A stretch of 64,000 bases of DNA, taken from contig OZ024746.1 in the NCBI GenBank assembly GCA_964016885.1, positions 25,420,001 to 25,484,000 of the forward strand, written 5' to 3'. The DNA comes from Eledone cirrhosa. Its lineage: Eukaryota. Both the position numbers and the translations under genes were made by a program. The notes beneath the pieces were generated by a model. It worked only from the letters and a program-made list of their open reading frames with translations, was not told the origin of the DNA and did no database searches. Below, piece after piece: positions 12,601 through 26,443 of the stretch; within the stretch, counting starts at the first letter, position 1, and every line of letters starts with the position of its first letter.

Positions 12601-14238
12601 TCAGAATCAAGCTGGTCCTGCACCTACCATTGGAAGTGGGGTCATAGAGAGTATGTAATGGGTAAAGAATGGGAGATAACAAGTATGTCATGAATAAATG
12701 GCAGATTTGGTGTGTGTATATATATACACACACACACACAATTTCTCTAGACCTACCTTTCATTGGGGCAGATTCAAAACTTCATAACTGCAACAAAGAA
12801 GACTGGGTGAGGTACTTCTGTTCCTGAAAGGAAAAGTGTCTATGCTTTTGTTTGGTGATAAATAGTGGCTTCTTACCCATGAGCAGATGTTTCTAACTAG
12901 GTGAATGGCTACTGTCACTACCACTAGCAACTTATAACCACATCATATAATCACATGGTGTAGCCAGGGAATAAATGGGAAGATGACAAACCAGGCACTA
13001 ATAGGTCTCAGATGTAGACAGGAGTGGTTAAAATTGTTGGCTATAGTAAATGTGCATATAATATACATACACACCTACACATTTATATCATCATTCTACG
13101 TTCGCTTTTCCCTGCTTGCAAGGGTGGGACGGAAACTGATTTTGGCTTGATTTCTACAGCTGGATGCCCTTCCTAACACCATCATTTACAGTGGGTGCTT
13201 TTTTTTTTTCCATGGTGCCTACACGACCACTTTGCAGTGGAATGATAGGGACCCCCAGTCCTATCATCTCATTTCTACAGCTGAGTAAATTGGAGCAATG
13301 TGAAATAAAGTGTCTTGCTCAAGGAAACATCACCCGGTCTGAGAATTGAACTCACCTTTCGATTATATACTGCTGTCATCATTGATGGCATGGGTCAACT
13401 TTATATATATGTGTATACATGTGTCTATGTTTACTGTTTATGACCTGTAACTTAACAGATTGACAAAAAAAATTGATAAAATAAGTACCAAATTTGAATA
13501 AACAGGGACAGGGGTCAATATGATTGACTAAATCCCTTCAAGGTGGTGCTCCAGTAAAAGAATGTTTTGTTTTCCATATGTAAATAAAATGCTACAGTGC
13601 ACACCGATGCAGGTTTAGCTGGGAACCTAAAAAAAACTGCCTCTCATAAAAGCTTTCACAGGTGTTTTAATGATAGCCATCCCAACCCCCAGTCCCATCA
13701 TATCACGTTACAGCTTGCAACTGTAGCTGGCTTCCTAAGAGGTTTCTCAGGTATTTTAATACGAGTCCCAGTTCGATGAAGAAATGCAGCATGAAATATT
13801 TTGCTCAAGAAAACAGTGAACCTCCCTGTCTCTGACTCATATGATTGAGTCCAAAACCTAAACCACTAGGCCATGTGCCTTCATCATATATACAATAATT
13901 AACTTACTCCTGCCCCCTTCCATACACCTCACACACCACCCATCACCAGATAAGTGCCCCACCCTAGATCTACTTCTTCAATCCCCGTGCACCTTCCCCA
14001 CCCACACCGTAAAGTAGTCATTTGGATGCCATGAGAAAAAGAGCCTAGTCCACACTGTAAAGTGGTCATGTTGGTGACATGACGAGAAGCACCCAGTCCA
14101 CATTGTAAATGTGGTTGGCATCCGGCCGAAGAAACCAAGCTAACATCAGTTCTGTATGAACAAGATGCAGTCATCTGACTTGGCATGCCTCACAATGGGA
14201 CCACTCATCTAACCCATGCTAGCATGGAAAAGTGAATG

Positions 14239-14466
14239 TTAACCCTTTAGCATTCACATTACTCTATATATACTATTGTATTTTGGTAGTAAACTCTTTA
14301 TCTTACATAATTATCTCATATAATATCGAATCTGAGATTTTTTATGTTATTTATCTTGAGAACAATACCTTAACATCAGTATGCGTGGCCAGTTACAGCC
14401 AATTTGAACAGAAAGAGGTGAGACATTTCTGGCCGGATATAGACGGTTTGAATGCTAAAGGGTTAA
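14239..14466. mobile_element. piggyBac-type MITE family 2; copies at 10155-10373 and 29482-29705
   Basis: Perfect TTAACCCTTTAGCATTCA / TGAATGCTAAAGGGTTAA inverted termini; the 29.5 kb copy interrupts another repeat at a TTAA. Confidence 0.85.
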
Positions 14467-14892
14467 ACGGTGATGATGATAAAAATACATTAATACAGGT
14501 ATTATTGATTTTAAGACTTTTATTACAAAAACATTGTTTTTTTATTATTAAAAGAGACTGATTAAATGATAGTTAACAAAACTGTATAAAATATATTAAA
14601 TAATATGTTTGTTCAGTGTTTGAAAGGAAATCAAAGAGTAAAGAAATCACATTGAATGTTAGAATTTTATGGTGTAACCACATGTCATAGTTAGATGACA
14701 CAACCACATGTACCATATGGCATAATCACATGTACCGTATGGTGTAAACATGATGCAACCATACTATGTAACCACATCATAGTCACATGTACCGTAGGGT
14801 GTAAACAAATGAGGTCACCATACTATGTAACCACATGATTTCAGAAAAAAAATGTAAACAAATAATATTGCTATAAATAAATAGACAAGTAT

Positions 14893-14894
14893 TA

Positions 14895-14929
<35 letters not shown>

Positions 14930-15040
14930 AATACAAATATATATATATACAAACACATACATATACACACACACACACATATATATACATACATATACAC
15001 ACACACACACATATATATATATATACATACACATAGATAA

Positions 15041-15077
<37 letters not shown>

Positions 15078-16169
15078 CATACATACAGATATACACACAT
15101 ATACAAGTGATTTTCTGATTGTGCAACAAGTGTTCTTTATATATATATATACCTAAATATGTATATATATACATAAATATGTATATATATATATATATAC
15201 ATACACATAAATATGTATATATATACATAAATATGTATATATATATATATATACATACACATAAATATGTATATATATACATAAATATGTATATATATAT
15301 ATATACACATAAATATGTATATATATATATATACACATAAATATGTATATATATATATATATACACATAAATATGTATATATATATATATACACATAAAT
15401 ATGTATATATATATATATACACATAAATATGTATATATATATACACATAAATATGTATATATATATACACATAAATATATATATATATACACATAAATAT
15501 ATATATATATATATATACACATAAATATATATATACATACACATAAATATATATATATACACATAAATATATATATATATATATAAATATATAAATATAC
15601 ATAAATATATAAATATACATAAATATATATATACATAAATATATATATACATAAATATATATATACATAAATATATATATATATACATAAATATATATAT
15701 ATATACATAAATATATATATATATACATAAATATATATATATATACATAAATATATATATACATAAATATATATATATATATACATAAATATATATATAT
15801 ATATACATAAATATATATATATATATACATAAATATATATATATATATACATAAATATATATATATATATACATAAATATACATAAATATATACATATAT
15901 ATACATAAATATATACATATATATACATAAATATATACATATATATACATAAATATATACATATATATACATAAATATATACATAAATATATACATATAT
16001 ATACATGTATGTATATATATATACATGTATGTATATATATATATATACACACAAATATGTATATATATATATACACATGTATATATATATACATGTATGT
16101 ATATATATATATATACACACAAATATGTATATATATATATACACATATGTATATATATATACATGTATG

Positions 16170-16202
<33 letters not shown>

Positions 16203-16287
16203 GTATATATATATACATGTATATATATATATATATACACATATGTATATATATATATACACATATGTATATATATATATACATGTA

Positions 16288-16355
<68 letters not shown>

Positions 16356-16665
16356 TATATATACACATATGTATATATATATATATACACATGTATATAT
16401 ATATATATACACATGTATATATATATATATATATACACATATGTCTATATATATATATACACATAAATATGTATATATATATATGTGTGTATATATATAT
16501 ACACATATGTATGTATATATATATGTATATACACATAAATATGTGTGTATATATATATATACACATAAATATGTATATATATATATATATATATATGTAT
16601 ATACATGTATATACATATGCATATATATATATATATTATATATATATGCATGTAATATATACATA
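14893..16665. repeat. 1.8 kb compound (TA)n microsatellite
   Basis: Directly visible; interrupted by ACATAAAT, ACATGT and ACATATGT units. Confidence 0.98.
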
Positions 16666-18849
16666 TTACTGGCCCTCAAAATAATTATTTTCTTTTCAAT
16701 GTCATGATTTCCTAAAATTAAATTTGAAACAGAACAGAATGTGATATTCCACACACACGTGTGGCTGTGTATTCTGTTGGGCAATGATATAGCAAGATAA
16801 TGTATGACTAGCTTATCAGATGTGTTAAAGCTATGTTATGAGCAGGGGTATGCTAAAGTTAGGGTCAAGATCAGCAGTGAACTCAATGACGAATTTAGTG
16901 TACAGGTGTCTTTCTTAAGTCCCCTCCTCTCCCTTCAACCTAATCCTGAGGCAATCATAAACTAGAGGCTCTTGGAAAATTTATTATATTTATTTTATGC
17001 TGATACATTAGTTATTATGAAATGAAATTTGCAGTTCATACCTATACAGGTTCAGCTGGCCTCCTACAATGTTGTATCTCATAGGAGGTTTCTTGAGTTA
17101 TTTTTACAATAGAAGCCCTAGTTCCTCTCATGTTGCTGTTACATTTCACACCTATATGATTTACCTGACCTCTTAATAGGTTGTATTGCATAGGAGGTTT
17201 CTTGGGCGTTTAAAATAATAGGGGCACCAGTCATATCATGTGCTTGCTACAGATCACACTTATGAAGGTTTATCTGGCCTCATACAAAGTTGTATCTGAT
17301 AGGAGGTTTCTTTCGTGTTTTAATGATTGGGTCCCCAATCCTATCATGAAAAGCAATGTAAAATGAAGTGTTTTGCTCAAGAACACAACATGCTGTTTGG
17401 TCCAGGAATCAAACCTACAACCTTATGATCGCGAGTCCATCACCCTAACCATTAAGCGACATACCTTCATTCTAGTTATTATTGTAAGAATGAGGTGTTG
17501 GGTAAAAGGTTTGAAGGTGATTATGGCTGAAACCCAGGTAATAGAAACAGAAGCCACAACAGCCTCTGAAAAGTGTTTTTTCCTGGTATGCAAAATTTTA
17601 ATATTGCATAAACAAACATATTGTACTGATAACTGTAGTAAAGACTGTCAGGGAAGTAATGAAGTGGTTCACATGTGAATATATAAAGAAGGAGCAAGAC
17701 AGGGATGATCAAATTACTAGATTGTAAGTTATGGTAGCTAAGTATTACTTGTACTTGTATTGGTGTCCACCCAGTATGGGCTAAGCTGACTCCAGCCAGT
17801 GAATCCACAACATTGTGAACAGAGGCTGCCCATGTACAGTGATCACAAGCATCCAAGACAGATATTGTTAGCCAGTCATGATCCCAATAGGGGACACCAT
17901 GTATACAAGGTTCAGACATTTGCTCAAGATCTGTTTCAGATGGATCTGGTGATAGCATAGTTGCTGATGGATCTAGTGATAGCATAGGTTTAGCCAGTCA
18001 ACTATGAGGGTTGCATCTCATAGGTTTCTTGGGAATTTTAATGATAGGTGTCCTAGGTCTATTATGTCCCTATTTTGTGGGTTACAGGAAGAGGCAGGAT
18101 TTGAACTCAGAATGCTGAGAACTGGAAAAGATACCACAAGGCAACCAATCCAACGCTCTAATAATGCTGTCAATCTACTGCTCTAGGACTGGGACTTTGT
18201 TGACCTCTAAAGGATGAAAGGCAAATTTGGCCTTGGCAGGATTTGAACTCAGAATGTAAAGTGCCGGAACAGATACCACAAGGCATACCATCTGACGCTC
18301 TAACAATTCCGCCAATCCACTACCTTGGACTGGTATTTTACTGACCTCTAAAGGATGAAAGGCAAATTTGGCCATGGCAGGATTTGAATTCAGAGTGCAG
18401 AGAGCTAGAACAAATACTACAGGGCATTTAATCCAACACTCTAGTGACTCTGCCAATTCGCTGCTAAGCATAGTAGCTATGACTGAAGGAATAATGGGGT
18501 CTGGAAAAAAATCTTAGAAAATGGCTGCCTCTGGTGGAACTACAATATTTTTCTACCTAAGAAAGGTAGACTATGTAAAGCAGCATCAGAAATGGTATGG
18601 TGGTATGGCAGTGAAGGCAGACCATCTGCAGCAATTGGAAAGGAAGGAATGGAATATGTGACATGTTGGATGTGCAATATTCAATGACATAAAACTTGGG
18701 ACATCTCTCAGTCAAGAAAGCAACTGGGCAGCAAAGGCATTGGTCAATGTATGCAGACAATGGAGAGAGAGAGAGAACTATGCTGGTATGGACAGTTAAT
18801 GGTGATGGACAATACATGCAGGATGTAGATAGATTGTGAGTTGATGATG

Positions 18850-19118
18850 GAACAATACCCTCAGTGAGTTAGACCAAAGTGGATAATTTACCCCAGTAGT
18901 AGCTTAATACTCACAGTAGAGCTAAAACAGGGTGGAATAATACCCCAGTAAATCTAGACCAGGGTGGATAATACTCACAAGAAGGCTAGACAAAGGATAC
19001 TACCCCAGTAGATCTAGACCAAGGATATTATCCTCAGCAGAGCGAAACCAGGGTGGATAATACTCACAAGAGGGCTAGAACAGGGTGTATAATACTCACA
19101 GTAGAGCTAGACCAAGGA
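18850..19118. repeat. ~30 bp minisatellite (GAGCTAGACCAGGGTGGATAATACTCACAGTA-like)
   Basis: Roughly 9 degenerate tandem units. Confidence 0.8.
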
Positions 19119-19630
19119 AGACTTGGAAGGAAGTGGTTATATCAGACCTGAGAATGTTTCAGACTCACAGATTCAGATGACATTTAATAATATCGAGACC
19201 CAGAAAAATGATGTTGTATTGCAGATCCGTCCAACCCATGCCAGCATGGAGAAAAGAAAAACGGATTTTAAAAATATGAGGATGAAATTATACTTACTTT
19301 CCTCCCTTAAAAATAAATGTTTAACATTTCTTTTTTTAAATTGCACATAATTTGAAATCTGTAACATAATGGGGGGGTTAAAATGAATACCATGAAGGAA
19401 TGTTTTATGAATAAAATAATAAGGATGGGAAGGGCATTTAAATTCAAGAAAAGGTTTTTTTTTTCATAATAGTAAATAAAATTATCAGAATCTTCTAGAA
19501 ACTGACTGTAAAATAATGGATATTTTTCTTTTTTTTTTCTCTCATCACAATGTCTTCATTGAAGTCTATTTAATATTGGACCATAGTTATACATAAATTA
19601 CAGTACTGATTATTATCGTAGGAAACCCCC

Positions 19631-19812
19631 TTACGCCTTGAATATATGCACAGCACGCACTACATACTGCCGGCATATTGGACATTCATTTAATTTGCGG
19701 CCACATTGAGTACAAGATACCATGTGACCACACTCCAAAAGGACACAGTCTATTGGGGAATCCATGCAAATCTTGCACATTTCATCATCATTTAACACTG
19801 GAGAATCTGGGT
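19631..19812 (-). CDS. RNF34: RNF34/RFFL terminal exon: RING finger ([25 protein letters not shown]...[17 protein letters not shown])
   Basis: C3HC4-type RING closely resembling the CARP-family C-terminus; TAA stop. Confidence 0.96.
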
Positions 19813-20449
19813 CTGAAAAAAATAGACAAATATTTACAATAACCATAGTAAATTAAAGGAAATGGAATATATAGCTAAGCAGAAATACAAAATTACTGTA
19901 GATACTCATAAATATGTCACACCTCTCCATTCTACATACATTTACAAAGTACTGTATATTTTGAACAGAAGTTTTGTAAGCTGAGTAGATATATGTCTCT
20001 CTTTCTTTCTATACATATATGTAGATATACACTGTAAAGTGGTCTTGTAGGTGGCATGACAAAAAGCACCCAACACAGACTAAATGTGGTTGGTATTAGG
20101 AAGGGCATTCAGCATAGAAACCAAGCTAGAAACAGTTCTGTATGAGCAAGACACGGTCACCTGACCCGACTTGCTTCAAATGGGACAAAACGTGTAACCC
20201 ATGCTAGCGTGGAAAATAAACATTAAATGATGATGATGGTATATTGTTTATACAGTACATAATTGTAAATTCCACAAATTTATACAAGGAAGACCACATG
20301 CAGCAAATCCTTATCATCATTTAAGGCTTATTTTCCATGCATGCATGGGTTAGATGGGTGTCATGTTATGAGTCTAGCTGGCCTGCTGATCACATCATGC
20401 GTGCATAGATCAGTTTTGGGCCTGATTTTCTATGACAGGATGCTGTTCC

Positions 20450-20970
20450 TAATGTCAACCACCTTACAGTATGTACAGGGAGCTTTTTGTCAAGTCACCA
20501 GTACCTTACAGGGTGGGCTGTGGGCTTTTTTGTTGTGGCAACAGTACAACCCTACAGTGTACAGGAAGCTTTTTTCACAGTACCAGCACTAACACCTTCC
20601 AGAGTCAACTGGGTGCTTTTTGTAGTGGCATCAGCACTGCCACATTATAAGGTGTACTGGGTGCTTTTTGCCATGACATCAGTACGACCACCATAGAGAG
20701 TGGACAAGGTGCATTTTGATGTGGCATCAATATGACCATCTTAAAGGATAAACTGGGCGCTTTTTTTTTGTAGCACCAGCGCTACTACCTTACAAGGTGG
20801 ACTTGGGTTTTTCTTGTTGTGACACCTTACAAAGTGGACAGAGTGCTTTTTTATCGTGGCACCAATACTACCACCTTACAGTGTGTACAGGGAGCTTTTC
20901 TTGTGGTACCAGCACTCATTCCTCAGGGTGGAGAGGGTGCTTTTTGTTGTAGCACCAGCATGGCCACCAT
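20450..20970. repeat. ~40-45 bp tandem array (ACCTTACAGGGTGGACTGGGTGCTTTTT...GTGGCACCAGCACT) within a SINE-like element
   Basis: About a dozen degenerate units; same unit inverted at 6110-6340 and 21370-21510. Confidence 0.75.
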
Positions 20971-21015
20971 ATTAAAACAATAAAAAAGATATACGAAAAT
21001 TATAAGTGGGATTAC

Positions 21016-21226
21016 CTTTTTTCTGTTGTCTCTGAGCTTCCCATAATCTCCGCACTCTGTCTAACAGTTCCCATTTTTCTACACACCCCTTATAATCAAC
21101 AAAATGAAATGAAAGTATTTCTTTTAATTCTTTAACAGTCAAGTTAGCAACTGCTTCAATATTGTCAATGGTGTTAAGGTTTATATATGATGGTTTGGAC
21201 GGTGAAAAACATGGCAGGCTGGAACT
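21016..21226 (-). CDS. RNF34: RNF34/RFFL exon: second SAP-like region (LTVKELKEIL..FVDYKGCVEKWEL)
   Basis: Motif characteristic of RNF34/RFFL; AG/GT. Confidence 0.94.
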
Positions 21227-22319
21227 CTGAAACAAAAGTAAAAAAGTAACATATATTTAGATGCTAAATGTACATGTGATGAGGGATTGGAGAATGCATG
21301 GAGTGGAGAGGTCCCCTTTTAGCAGGCAGTTGAATGAACAAATAGAGAGGAATTTTCAGTCTGGCTAAGTACATGTGCTGGTGTCCTGATAAAATATATC
21401 CAGTACACTCTGTAAAATGGTAGTGATGAAGTTATAATAAAATGCACTTAATACACTTTGTAAAGTGGCAATACTGATGTCATGATAAAATGCACCCTCT
21501 ACATTCTGTAAGGTGTTTGATGTTGTGAAGTGCAACCAGCTATAGAAACTATGTCAAAATATAGAATTTATGAGCAAGACATGCATTCATGACCTGGCTA
21601 GTCTCAGACAGTCACAACCCATCCAGCCAATACCAGATGTAAAATGACGATATATATATTATGTATTTACTTCCATGTTTACATATTGAAGGTTCTTTCT
21701 CTAGTGATTACAATCCCAGAGTGAGACATTTCATTTAGAAGTGATTTATACAGGATTAGTTCTGTTTCAATAAAAGTTACTTCTAACTGAAATAACAAAC
21801 TCCCCACTGAACTTGATGGATTGAATACCTTAGTTTAATTGTTGCTCCCTTCTGTTCTGAAATGGAACACCATTCTACTATTTTTTATATATGAAAAATG
21901 AAATAAAATAATGAAATTCACAGCTCATACCTAAACAGATTTAGCTATCATATGAGGTTGCATCTAATAGGTTACTTTTTAAGGATTGAATCCTATCACA
22001 TTGTTGTTACACCTTGCACTTATACAGGATTAACTGGCCCCCTATGATGTTGTATCTCATAGATGGTTTCTTGGGGCATTTTATTTCCAATCACAGTAGT
22101 TTTATAATATCACAGAGCATATATATAAATGAATAAAGAATAACCAGGATTGAACATGTATTGGTAAATATTAATGTTATTTAATAGATTCTGAAAAGAT
22201 TAATACAACAGGAATGAATATTCCTATTATTTTCATCAAAATGTTTGTCAATCAATTAAATGATTTAATTTAAATCCTGGTTATTCTTTATTCATTTGTA
22301 TATATATATAAATCCTTAC

Positions 22320-22553
22320 CTGTGCAGTATCGTTGGTTGATCTTAATGGTGATCGACTTCCCTGACTGTTATCCCATGATTGTGTTATCAAAGTAGCACT
22401 GCTACTTAATCCCTCACTGGTGTGATTGTTACGACTGTGTGATGTGTAGATATGCATGCTGCCCCCCTCCTGTGATTCCTCTTCAGCAGAGTCTTCAACC
22501 CCATTAGAAGAGATTCGCGGATGTACTCGACCTTCATCCGATTCCATATCAAG
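22320..22553 (-). CDS. RNF34: RNF34/RFFL exon: Ser/Glu-rich linker
   Basis: Open 234-nt frame between ttgcag and gtaag; phase 0 at both ends. Confidence 0.85.
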
Positions 22554-23241
22554 CTGCAAATACAATAAGATTTCAATGTTAAATATTTTAATGCAACAGA
22601 GAAATAGGGTTCTGTTGTCTTGTAGTGAAGATAGTTCAGATGTGTGTCTTAGAGAGAGGGGTGGGTGGGTCTTTAGTCAACTGTAAATTTTCCCCATGGT
22701 CCATCCACTACTTTCTTACACATTCAGTTCCATCATTTTGTTCATCCAGTCACTTTCATCCTTCCTCAACACATGATTTAAGCATCTCAATCCATTTCTT
22801 TTCAAAGCATCCATCACTGATTCTATTCCCATCATCTGCAATTTATTGTTTGTCTTCCTCACTCTCTCTGAGGGATATTCCACTCATCCACAGGACCATT
22901 CTCAGCTCCATTCTATCCAGCTTTCACTGCTGCTCCACATTCATTATCTCTGTGTCTCTTCCATAGATCATGGCACCTTTCATTTCAGTGGCACTCCCCT
23001 CCTCCTTAGCAGACCACTCAGTTCCATGCTCTTTTCATTTGATTATTTAGAATATTTTAGACCATCTGACCCCTACCATCCACTGATTTACATTCATCTT
23101 GTATGAATTCTAAATAACAAATTCAAGGATTTTGACAGAGCATAGCATTTGTGTGACAGATGGACAAAAAGGCTGTATGGTTATTATTATATACATTCTG
23201 ATGAAAAACCCTCATCCTATATGGCTAAGTAAAAAACTTAC

Positions 23242-23526
23242 TTGATATCGAAAGTATGTGTGTGGTGGTTGGTAAGTTTCCTGACCAAAATGGCACACAA
23301 GTAACTCCACCAAATCATATTTTTCAGTACAGGTATTCGTGGAGATATTTTTCTTATTGAGGAACACCTGTAAATCTTTGATTTTCCACTGCATCAGATC
23401 ACTGCGAGTAAAATTTCCAGAAGCTAAAATTTGACATTTATGACATTGCCGTACTGGCTGTATATTATTCCATTGTCTTTGACAACACGATGAGCAGAAA
23501 TAGCGACCACAGTGGCAACACGTTTT
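23242..23526 (-). CDS. RNF34: RNF34/RFFL exon: FYVE-like finger and first SAP-like helical region
   Basis: KTCCHCGRYFCSSC...CHKC and KIKDLQVFL...CTEKYDLV motifs; AG/GT, phase 0. Confidence 0.93.
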
Positions 23527-24395
23527 CTGGAATAGAAATAAATCAACATTATATTTAGACGAAGAAAGTTAAAGAAAAAAAGGAAAGGAGTCAATTGTCA
23601 GATTGGACTAAGGAAACCATTTTTCCATTGTTGATACTACTGACTGGATGCAACTCCTGGCAGAAGAAAAGAACTGATCATCAGATTGGACCAAGGAAAT
23701 TCTTTCCATTGGTGGTTCCATTGTTAATACGATTTGTTGGTTGTAGCTCCTAGCAGAATTGATCATCAGACTGGGCCAAGAAAACATGTTTCCATTTGTC
23801 TTTCTTTTGTGGATACTATTTGCTTGCCGGTCGCAATTCCTTGCAGAAGATAAGAACTGAGGAAACAATGTTTCCATAGGTTTTTCTGATACTATCAACT
23901 GGTCACAATACCTGGCAGATAAAAGGAACTGAACGTCAGATTAAACTGAGGAAACAATGTTTCCATTGGTTTTTCAATAGCTGAAACTATCAACCAGTCA
24001 CAATTCCTGACAGAAGAAAGGAGCTAATTGTCAGATTGAACTGAAGAAACAAATACTGTGGCATTTAATCTGGTGCCCTAGCAACTCTGCTAATTCACCA
24101 CCTACAATCAACTTTTACATTAACATATTTATAATGAAAGACACTGCCTTTGCTTAAATTAATTTTGAAAATCAAAAATTTGTAGGGATTTATTAATATA
24201 ACTAACATTCTTATTATCAAGCTGGTATTTGGAACATAACTTCAAAGGTTCTTACATAAAATTATGATGGAAAGTTTTTAGATAAATATAAACACTTATA
24301 TATGGTTTTGTATCATAGGACCTGAGTCAGTTTAAGGCAGATTGGTATCAAAAAGATTAGTAGAAGATAAAAAAATAAGTTGAAGAGTAACAAAC

Positions 24396-24569
24396 CTTTC
24401 TCTTAAATGTATTGAACTGAGCAGTACAAGACTCACAAGACATTCCAGGTTGGTTACTTAACACAGCTGCAGCATCAGTTCTGGGTGCATGGTTTGGTGA
24501 GAAATATGTTGGGGATAAATTGGAAGGTTGCCTGCCCCTCCCTTCAGCCTTCACAACACCAGCCCCCAT
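24396..24569 (-). CDS. RNF34: RNF34/RFFL (CARP family) E3 ubiquitin ligase, first coding exon (MGAGVVK...CESCTAQFNTFKRK)
   Basis: ATG at 24569; first CxxC of the FYVE-like finger; GT donor; exon acceptor at 24670-24671. Confidence 0.88.
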
Positions 24570-25599
24570 ATAAGATACAAATAATAGGGGACACGTTGTT
24601 AGCAAGGGGGTGGAATGTCAGCTTCACAAATAAAACAATTAACAGAATATAATCAAAGATGATGATAATCTGAAATACACAAAGAAAAAAACATCATAAT
24701 ACATCTGAAACATATTATTATCTCATATATAAAACATATTTATATATATATTATATTAAATATGAAATGAAAAAAAATGAAATTTACACCTCACACCTAT
24801 GAGGTTGTATCTCATAAAAGCTTTCTTATGTTTTAATGATAGGGGCCCCACTCCTATCATGTTACAACTCACCCATATGCCACAAATGAGGTTGCATTAC
24901 ATAGAGGTTTCTCAGGTATTTTAATGAAAAAGGCCCGTCCTATCATGTTGTTGTTATGATTCACACATATGCCAGTTTAACAGGTCTCCTATGAAGATGT
25001 ATCTCAGATGGAGGTTATTGGGATGTGTGTGTGTGTGTGGGGGGGGGGGGGGAGTTAAGGATAACGGCCCCAGTCATACCTTGTTATCACAATTTACATC
25101 TATGTAAGTGTAGTTACCTAAGAGGTATCTCATTGGAAGTTTCCAGTTTTTTAATAATATGGAACTCAAGTCATATTGTGAAAAGCAACATGAAATGAAA
25201 CAACATGCTCAAGGACACAACACCCACTAAGTCATGTGGTATGTGTAAAATAAGTAAGATGTGAATTGTGTTATTGTTAAAATCTATTATATTAAAGCTG
25301 TTGTACATGTAATGTAAAAAGTCTGTTATATTAACTTTTGCGAAAAATATTGTTTAGCCTCAAATTATAAATGGATAAAAGATTCTATTTGGTAGTTTTT
25401 GTCATTTATTAAATCTATTTAATTTATTTTGTTTTGTATATATGTCATTAAGTACAGTATATATTATTTATGTGTGTGTGTATATATATATTCTTAACCA
25501 AAATACCCCCCCCCCATTCCAACACTACCCTCACCGCCATCTACACCACCCCTTTCGATGTAAAGCTATGTTGGTACCACACATCCAGTCCTAAATTAA

Positions 25600-25847
25600 T
25601 GAAGTCGTGTAGGTGTCATGACAAAAAACACACAGTCCACGCTGTAATGTGGCCATGTAGGTAACACGGTAAAAACCTCCCAGTCCACACTGTAAACGTG
25701 GTTGGTGTTAGGAAGGGCATCCAGCCGTAGAAAACCCGCCAGACAGTCCTGAGCAAGACAACCAATCTTGCCTCAAGTGGGACAATTCCCGTCCAGACCC
25801 ATGCTAGCATGGAAAATGGACGTTAAACGATGATGATGATGATGATG

Positions 25848-25850
<3 letters not shown>
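25600..25850 (+). mobile_element. SINE family B with (GAT)n tail; copies near 6340, 13090, 14050, 20030, 26110, 40100, 45300, 54000
   Basis: Recurrent TAGGAAGGGCATCCAGC.GTAGAAA...ACCCATGCTAGCATGGAAA...GATGATGAT. Confidence 0.75.
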
Positions 25851-25878
<28 letters not shown>

Positions 25879-26443
25879 TACATATACATACACAATATTA
25901 TTAAGGCATAATAATATTTATATTTAGCAAAATAAAGCATAGTAAACGAAAGTACATTTGAAACAAATGCAATTTTAATTACATTGTCTATTTATCATTA
26001 TTACTGTTTATGACTTTGCCTTTCATCCTTACGGGGTCGATAAAATAAAGTACCAGTAATGCACTGGGTAATTGCTGGCCTTGTGCCTAAAGTAGAAACA
26101 ATTATTACTGTTTAACAGCTATTTTTCTACGCTAGCATGAGTTAGACGAGTTGTCACGTTGTGAGACAAGCCAGGTCAGATGACCATGTCATGCTCATAC
26201 AGAATTGATTTTAGCTTAGTGTCTACAGTTCGATGCCCTTCCTAACACCAACCACATTTACAATGTATACTGGGTGCGTTTTGTCATGGCACCTACATTT
26301 ATATATATATATATATATATATAATATATGGACTGTCTGGCGGGTTTTCTACAGCTGGATGCCCTTCCTATTATGGAATACTGTTGGCTTTTTGTACAAT
26401 ATTTTCTATACCTTTCATTTATATATAATATATATATATATTA

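Noticed and set aside
14783-16784. ORFs of 433-583 aa rich in Y/I/C/V/M
   Set aside because: Translations of (TA)/(TG) microsatellite that lack stops by composition
18850-19118. CRISPR-like array (also 32100-32262, 34640-35270, 39080-39660)
   Set aside because: Contiguous degenerate tandem units without unique spacers, no cas genes, eukaryotic context
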